The translations under genes were made by a program, and so were the position numbers. DNA of 64,000 nucleotides from Piromyces finnis finn (lineage: Eukaryota; Fungi; Neocallimastigomycota), in contig MCFH01000039.1 of assembly GCA_002104945.1 (NCBI GenBank), positions 248,001 through 312,000 of the forward strand, in the 5' to 3' direction. The notes below the pieces were generated by a model. It saw only the letters and a list, made by a program, of their open reading frames with translations, searched no databases and was not told the DNA's origin. Below, piece after piece: positions 59,301-64,000 of the stretch; the stretch's first letter is position 1; each line of letters begins with the position of its first letter.

Positions 59301-60924
59301 TGGACTTTTTGCAGATGATATAGTTATTTGTGCTCCAACAAGAGGATGCTTAAAAAAGATGCTTAGAAGAGTTAATGAATGGGCCTTGTATAATGAAATG
59401 GAATTTGGTATCCAGAAGTGTTCAACGATGGTGATTCGTCCTGAATCAATAGAAAATCAGAACAAGAGAGATCCAACATTTTACTTAGCAGGACAACCCA
59501 TTCCAACTACTGATTGTTATACTTATCTTGGTGTTCCATTTGATAAGAATCTGTCCCTTAAACCAGTTATTAAAGCTCTTAATAACAAGGTTTTGAAAGG
59601 ACTTTTCTCAGTCAGTAAATTCTTAAGAAATCCTAATATTCCTATTCCCTTCAAAAAGCTAGTACTTAACTCACAAGTGATTAGCAGAGTTTCATACTTT
59701 GCACCATTACTTGGATCCAACAAAGCCAGGTCTAGGATTGCACAGAAGCATGTTAACAAAGGAATACGATGGGTTGCCGGAGTTCATAAAGCTGTATCGT
59801 TTATATCTTTATACTCTATCTCAAAAGATTTGAATATTCCTCCATTGTCAGCCAAATGTGGGTTAGCTCAGGTTAGATGTTTTAACAAATGGAAAAACTC
59901 AAATTGTATTATCTCACACCTTGTCAATTACATTCCTAAATTTAGAAAATACACGTGGTGCAAATCAAGTAGGACACTTGATAAAAAACTAAAGAAACAT
60001 GGAGATGTTAAAGCAGTTAAAAACTTTTATTGGAAAGATCTCAAAGGGAATTCAATCAAAGCGCAATATTATGATGATAATAAGTTTATTGATACTAAAG
60101 ATTTTATTAAATTATGTTATGAGTACCCAGAGTTTGCCTATGGCTTCTACTGGCTATTGAAAGCAAGAAGCGGATATAAGTTGGATGCTAGAGTTGCCAA
60201 AGCTGCCAAATTTGTTGATCCAGTTTGTCCTAACTACTGTCCATGTTGCAAGTGTGGAGATCAAAGTATTAAACATTGGTTATTAGATTGTCCAACATTT
60301 AGAGATATCCGTATTAAACATTATGATTCCATAGTCCAGCTATTAAATTTTTTCAGTAAACGTAATTCCAATAGTCCTATCAATAATAATGAAATTGATA
60401 ATATCAGTAGAGATAGTAATAATATTAATAGTAATAGTAACAATAGTAATAATAACAATAGTAATAGTAACAATAGTAATAATAACAATAGTAGTAATAG
60501 AAATAATAATATTAGTAATGATAGCAATAGTGAAGATAATAATTCTAATTTAGATAGTAATTTAGTTAATGATAGTAATAGTTCTAATAATCCGGTGAAT
60601 ATTAATGTGTATGATTATTCTAGTGTGTGCAGTAAAATATTTAAATTCCTTCTTGGGGGAAGAAGTTTTAACAATATCAATTACAATTCAAGGGAATGGA
60701 AAGAACTTTGTAAGCGTCAGATTCAATCTGGTACTAACGAAGGAACACCATTCTTGACGGTAACCGCGGAACTTCTAACCAAAATCATGCCTTTTGCTAT
60801 TGGCCAGCAATGGTCAATGTTCAAAAGGTTTGAAGCAACATCCAAGAGCGTCAATGCTGAAGAAACAGTAAGACAGGCCAGGAGGGCCAGCGCAACCAAT
60901 GGAGATCATAATTTTGTCCCATGA
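56398..60924 (+). CDS. LINE polyprotein: RRM-like N-terminus, APE endonuclease, reverse transcriptase, C-terminal CCHC knuckle
   Basis: APE motifs: CLSWNTNG, FQET, ILVGDFN, SDIDH, SDHKPL. RT motifs: KASGPDGIP, IPKKGDLTDCDNYRGISL, QFGFR, AFLDLRKAYDSV, GVRQGCPLSPILFNLFIND, LFADD, YTYLG. Zinc knuckle: CPCCKCGDQSIKHWLLDC. No stops or frameshifts. Confidence 0.96.
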   Translation: MSVLYIKDKNYIRRGTRSYGIPLDDIRSFFIRGIRSWSVNMLWEKLEVILEDKFNSVISVKYFQTFNDHFFLVKVHGSSKDCIKILHMLKKKLSVTSISFSARSRRNHKYTFSTLKRKILVSNKHQHSIQQSFQQSVQQSVQQSHQQSDLQQDLQQDLQQVSHHENIPDLQQTQFQSQHSTINSNSSINSDNSSIVDSSSVSQPSSNSSTYSSDASSINNDDFNNNNNSNDSSSSNKPVNFSFCLSWNTNGWNHEKRDSISYFTAIFKPLFLCFQETGNGSGSNTDYPCRVTLRNYRHFFKKADESVPGMRGLYLGFHNSCQASLENFSGKYIISIYTFSLWNRFKCSIGNVYMPHSHHNIYVDHAKLEVRLWLQTHSSHPSILVGDFNMSKVKLSNWLSTNGLGDWEILPLRGSTISWTRGDQSSDIDHALINSKMKDLIHSGSFINNFYPVSDHKPLLINGKIIPMEDFSNDFNVPKKILKWNRLKCIEEKESILSHNKFQILSAKSNDPNVSTDELSKEFTSTAFSIADELSITSANNVIKSSFHISQQIFNLQKIKMKLYKRFKKERIYDIDEFIKRIKIYRKLIDYIHKRCNEFRKQEYLHWIKTGCEYMKSHNPKKAWKWIKKTAKIGKDSFFIAQPIKNKNGELVVATEEQLDVWHDHFEKLASDPSGVSLDLEHWYEEPTNKRFSLPMLDEWDINQDISIDEVKSAILSTPNYKASGPDGIPIEFYKALIPSSNDSNNATDNNSSGNTTSDNDAYGLNFILKLFNRIWDGDFPNSWNESSIVSIPKKGDLTDCDNYRGISLINNGIKLISKIVTTRISEYGLKNNFIRPEQFGFRKKEESISLFISIQEICRRRQLDNKETYLAFLDLRKAYDSVPIGNILHKLDCLGIRGKSLQFIKNLYLTSKANVKLDGQFSKSFDVKKGVRQGCPLSPILFNLFINDIFKECEDLGVSLGDTRCCGGLFADDIVICAPTRGCLKKMLRRVNEWALYNEMEFGIQKCSTMVIRPESIENQNKRDPTFYLAGQPIPTTDCYTYLGVPFDKNLSLKPVIKALNNKVLKGLFSVSKFLRNPNIPIPFKKLVLNSQVISRVSYFAPLLGSNKARSRIAQKHVNKGIRWVAGVHKAVSFISLYSISKDLNIPPLSAKCGLAQVRCFNKWKNSNCIISHLVNYIPKFRKYTWCKSSRTLDKKLKKHGDVKAVKNFYWKDLKGNSIKAQYYDDNKFIDTKDFIKLCYEYPEFAYGFYWLLKARSGYKLDARVAKAAKFVDPVCPNYCPCCKCGDQSIKHWLLDCPTFRDIRIKHYDSIVQLLNFFSKRNSNSPINNNEIDNISRDSNNINSNSNNSNNNNSNSNNSNNNNSSNRNNNISNDSNSEDNNSNLDSNLVNDSNSSNNPVNINVYDYSSVCSKIFKFLLGGRSFNNINYNSREWKELCKRQIQSGTNEGTPFLTVTAELLTKIMPFAIGQQWSMFKRFEATSKSVNAEETVRQARRASATNGDHNFVP

Positions 60925-61135
60925 TAAAATTTTGATCTTTGGCTCGGTGTCCCATTGGAAGTCAAATACAATTATTATACTTTAGTATGATAGTGGCTTT
61001 CTTACTTTAATTAAAATTACTAGAATACATTATACCCAATTTTTATTCATTTGTGTTTATTTAAACATATTTTTTTTTATTTTTATTTTATTTTAATTTT
61101 TATATTACATGTATTATAATTTTAATTAAATTAAT

Positions 61136-61160
61136 AATAAAGTTTAAAATATTTGATGCC

Positions 61161-61195
<35 letters not shown>
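61136..61195 (+). terminator. Polyadenylation signal and encoded poly(A) tail of LINE copy 1
   Basis: AATAAA at 61136-61141, 22 nt upstream of a run of 32 A. Confidence 0.85.
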
Positions 61196-61197
<2 letters not shown>

Positions 61198-64000
61198 AAG
61201 AATTAAATCCAAGCATTGCGCAATGGATGCTTGGTTAGTCTTCAAGGGAAAATTATTAGGACTAAGCTCATGGTACTGTGCGATTAAAAAACATTTTATT
61301 CATCAAATTTAAGTATTTGATGAATAAGTGAATGTTTGATTTTTCAGGTAAGTTTGTATAGTATTTAATTAGAAGAGTAATACATTTTGTTGCTGTATTT
61401 TTTCTTTTATTCATGTATTCATGTAGTACTACTCTTCTCTTGTAAGAATCCAATGTAGTCAACTTTAGCATTTGCATTGTACTTTTATATTCATGTAGCT
61501 ATTGTTGTATTGTTTCTTGTAAGAGACTGATTCACTCTACATCATGTAAAAATACTATTCACAAGCTTTCTGGTGTCGACATTCTTGATTCAAATTTTTT
61601 ACCAATTTAAATATTTAATGAAAAGTAAAGTCAAACAATTTTAGTGTCAAAAAGCGAATCGAATTTACTAACAACAAACCAAAACTAGAATTTTAAAAAA
61701 AGTTAACAACTAGAATTCAAAAAAAAAAAAACTTTAAACAAAGCTTCGTAACAATTTTTGTACTATCCAGTACTTTTAAGAAGAGAGAGAGAGACAGATT
61801 TTTTTCCATATACGTTATATTTGTAATTTTTATTAGTATTTATTTTATATTCAATATTTTTTAATTAGAATTTATTATCATGTCAGTCCTTTATATTAAA
61901 GATAAGAATTATATCAGACGTGGTACCCGGTCTTATGGTATCCCCTTAGATGATATTCGCTCCTTCTTTATCCGTGGTATTCGATCATGGTCAGTAAATA
62001 TGCTATGGGAAAAACTCGAGGTTATTCTAGAAGATAAATTTAATTCAGTTATTAGTGTTAAATATTTTCAAACTTTCAATGATCACTTTTTCTTAGTCAA
62101 GGTTCATGGTTCATCGAAAAATTGTATTAAAATCTTACACATGTTAAAGAAGAAACTTTCAGTTACCTCAATTTCCTTTTCAGCTCGTAGTAGAAGGAAT
62201 CATAAATACACTTTTTCCACTCTCAAACGTAAAATTTTAGTTTCTAATAAACATCAACATTCTATTCAACAATCATTTCAACAATCAGTTCAACAATCAG
62301 TTCAACAATCTCATCAACAATCCGATCTTCAACAAGATCTTCAACAGGATCTTCAACAAGTTTCCCATCATGAAAATATTCCAGATCTACAGCAAACACA
62401 ATTTCAATCTCAACATTCAACAATTAATTCTAATAGTTCTATCAACTCTGATAACAGTTCAATAGTTGATAGTTCTTCAGTTTCACAGCCATCTAGTAAT
62501 AGTTCTACTTATTCCTCTGATGCATCATCCATTAATAACGATGACTTTAATAATAATAATAATAGCAACGATTCTTCCTCATCCAACAAGCCTGATAACT
62601 TTTCTTTTTGTCTTAGTTGGAACACCAATGGGTGGAATCATGAAAAGAGGGATAGTATTAGCTATTTCACAGCTATTTTCAAACCATTATTCTTATGTTT
62701 CCAAGAAACTGGTAATGGTTCTGGTTCGAATACAGATTATCCTTGTCGTGTTACTTTGCGAAACTATAGACACTTTTTCAAGAAAGCTGACGAATCAGTT
62801 CCGGGAATGAGAGGTTTATATTTAGGTTTTCACAATTCGTGTCAAGCCTCACTTGAAAACTTCTCTGGAAAGTATATTATTTCTATTTATACTTTTAGTC
62901 TCTGGAATAGATTCAAATGCTCCATTGGAAATGTTTATATGCCTCATAGTCATCACAACATCTATGTTGATCATGCAAAGTTAGAAGTTCGCTTGTGGTT
63001 ACAAACTCATTCATCCCATTCATCGATTCTTGTTGGTGATTTTAATATGTCTAAAGTAAAATTATCCAACTGGTTATCAACTAATGGATTAGGAGATTGG
63101 GAAATTCTTCCGCTTAGAGGGTCTACTATCTCTTGGACTCGAGGTGATCAATCTTCCGACATTGACCATGCTCTTATCAATTCGAAGATGAAAGATCTTA
63201 TTCACTCAGGATCATTTATAAATAATTTTTATCCTGTATCAGACCATAAGCCACTTCTTATTAATGGTAAAATTATTCCTATGGAAGATTTTTCTAATGA
63301 CTTTAATGTTCCTAAGAAAATTCTGAAATGGAATAGATTAAAATGTATTGAGGAAAAGGAATCTATTCTCAGTCATAATAAATTCCAAATACTTTCAGCA
63401 AAATCCAACGATCCTAATGTTTCTACAGATGAACTTTCCAAAGAGTTTACTTCAACTGCTTTTTCAATTGCAGACGAGCTCAGTATTACTTCAGCAAATA
63501 ATGTTATAAAGTCTTCATTTCATATTTCACAACAAATTTTTAATCTTCAAAAAATCAAAATGAAGTTGTATAAGAGATTTAAAAAAGAAAGAATTTATGA
63601 TATAGATGAATTTATTAAAAGAATTAAAATCTACCGTAAACTCATTGATTACATCCACAAAAGATGTAATGAATTTAGGAAGCAAGAATATCTTTGGATT
63701 AAAACAGGATGTGAGTATATGAAGAGTCATAATCCTAAGAAGGCCTGGAAATGGATCAAGAAAACTGCAAAAATTGGAAAAGATTCTTTCTTTATTGCTC
63801 AACCAATTAAAAATAAAAATGGAGAATTAGTTGTTGCTACGGAAGAACAACTAGATGTGTGGCATGATCATTTCGAAAATCTTGCATCAGACCCAAGTGG
63901 TGTAAGTCTTGATTTGGAGCATTGGTATGAAGAACCAACGAATAAACGTTTTTCACTTCCTATGCTTGATGAGTGGGATATCAACCAAGATATTAGTATT
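61195..64000 (+). mobile_element. Second copy of the same LINE, head-to-tail directly after copy 1's poly(A); truncated by the window edge
   Basis: Starts AGAAAGAATTAAA-C... and is roughly 99% identical to copy 1 by eye across the leader and ORF. Confidence 0.95.
61880..64000 (+). CDS. LINE polyprotein copy 2 (partial; open to the window end)
   Basis: ATG TCA GTC CTT at 61880, colinear with copy 1. The only indel seen in the ORF is an in-frame loss of one His codon (CTT CAT TGG to CTT TGG, about 63694). Confidence 0.9.
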   Translation, partial: MSVLYIKDKNYIRRGTRSYGIPLDDIRSFFIRGIRSWSVNMLWEKLEVILEDKFNSVISVKYFQTFNDHFFLVKVHGSSKNCIKILHMLKKKLSVTSISFSARSRRNHKYTFSTLKRKILVSNKHQHSIQQSFQQSVQQSVQQSHQQSDLQQDLQQDLQQVSHHENIPDLQQTQFQSQHSTINSNSSINSDNSSIVDSSSVSQPSSNSSTYSSDASSINNDDFNNNNNSNDSSSSNKPDNFSFCLSWNTNGWNHEKRDSISYFTAIFKPLFLCFQETGNGSGSNTDYPCRVTLRNYRHFFKKADESVPGMRGLYLGFHNSCQASLENFSGKYIISIYTFSLWNRFKCSIGNVYMPHSHHNIYVDHAKLEVRLWLQTHSSHSSILVGDFNMSKVKLSNWLSTNGLGDWEILPLRGSTISWTRGDQSSDIDHALINSKMKDLIHSGSFINNFYPVSDHKPLLINGKIIPMEDFSNDFNVPKKILKWNRLKCIEEKESILSHNKFQILSAKSNDPNVSTDELSKEFTSTAFSIADELSITSANNVIKSSFHISQQIFNLQKIKMKLYKRFKKERIYDIDEFIKRIKIYRKLIDYIHKRCNEFRKQEYLWIKTGCEYMKSHNPKKAWKWIKKTAKIGKDSFFIAQPIKNKNGELVVATEEQLDVWHDHFENLASDPSGVSLDLEHWYEEPTNKRFSLPMLDEWDINQDISI

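Larger units (their letters stand above)
55632..61194 (+). mobile_element. Full-length non-LTR retrotransposon (LINE), single ORF, APE-type; RTE/RTEX/Tx1-like motifs; copy 1
   Basis: About 770-bp leader, 1508-aa ORF, about 240-bp 3' UTR, AATAAA at 61136 and an A32 tail at 61164-61195. Flanked by a 41-bp direct repeat (55590-55630 / 61195-61235, one mismatch). Confidence 0.93.

Noticed and set aside
55321-61235. LTR or Penelope-type terminal repeats
   Set aside because: The APE+RT domain order, the poly(A) tail and the absence of gag, integrase or GIY-YIG identify a LINE. The repeated leader is better explained by nesting.

Overview
Very AT-rich, intron-containing eukaryotic DNA. Base composition, intron style and gene content suggest an anaerobic gut fungus (Neocallimastigomycota), which is my inference. 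Bases 1-55 kb hold spliced housekeeping and other genes: an N/S-rich protein running off the left end, a small secreted Cys-rich protein, a GGA clathrin adaptor, a single-pass membrane protein, an ankyrin-RasGEF, a divergent calmodulin-like/myosin light-chain gene head-to-head with myosin II heavy chain, a BOD1/Shg1-domain protein apparently spliced onto an SGF29-like tandem Tudor, the PKA regulatory subunit, aspartate aminotransferase, a secreted PI-PLC-like phosphodiesterase and an NADP-dependent alkenal/prostaglandin-reductase-type oxidoreductase. From about 55.25 kb to the end lies a head-to-tail array of an intact single-ORF non-LTR retrotransposon (RRM-like + APE endonuclease + RT + CCHC, poly-A tail). 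The array is preceded by a ladder of progressively longer copies of the element's own 5' end. The ladder, a 41-bp target-site duplication and single extra junction bases fit an element that repeatedly inserts into its own 5' UTR (Russian-doll self-targeting), starting inside an older RT remnant. The element's leader is hairpin-rich and carries a consensus spliceosomal intron. No rRNA, tRNA or CRISPR array was recognised. Gene models were spliced by eye, so exon boundaries and some gene ends are approximate.
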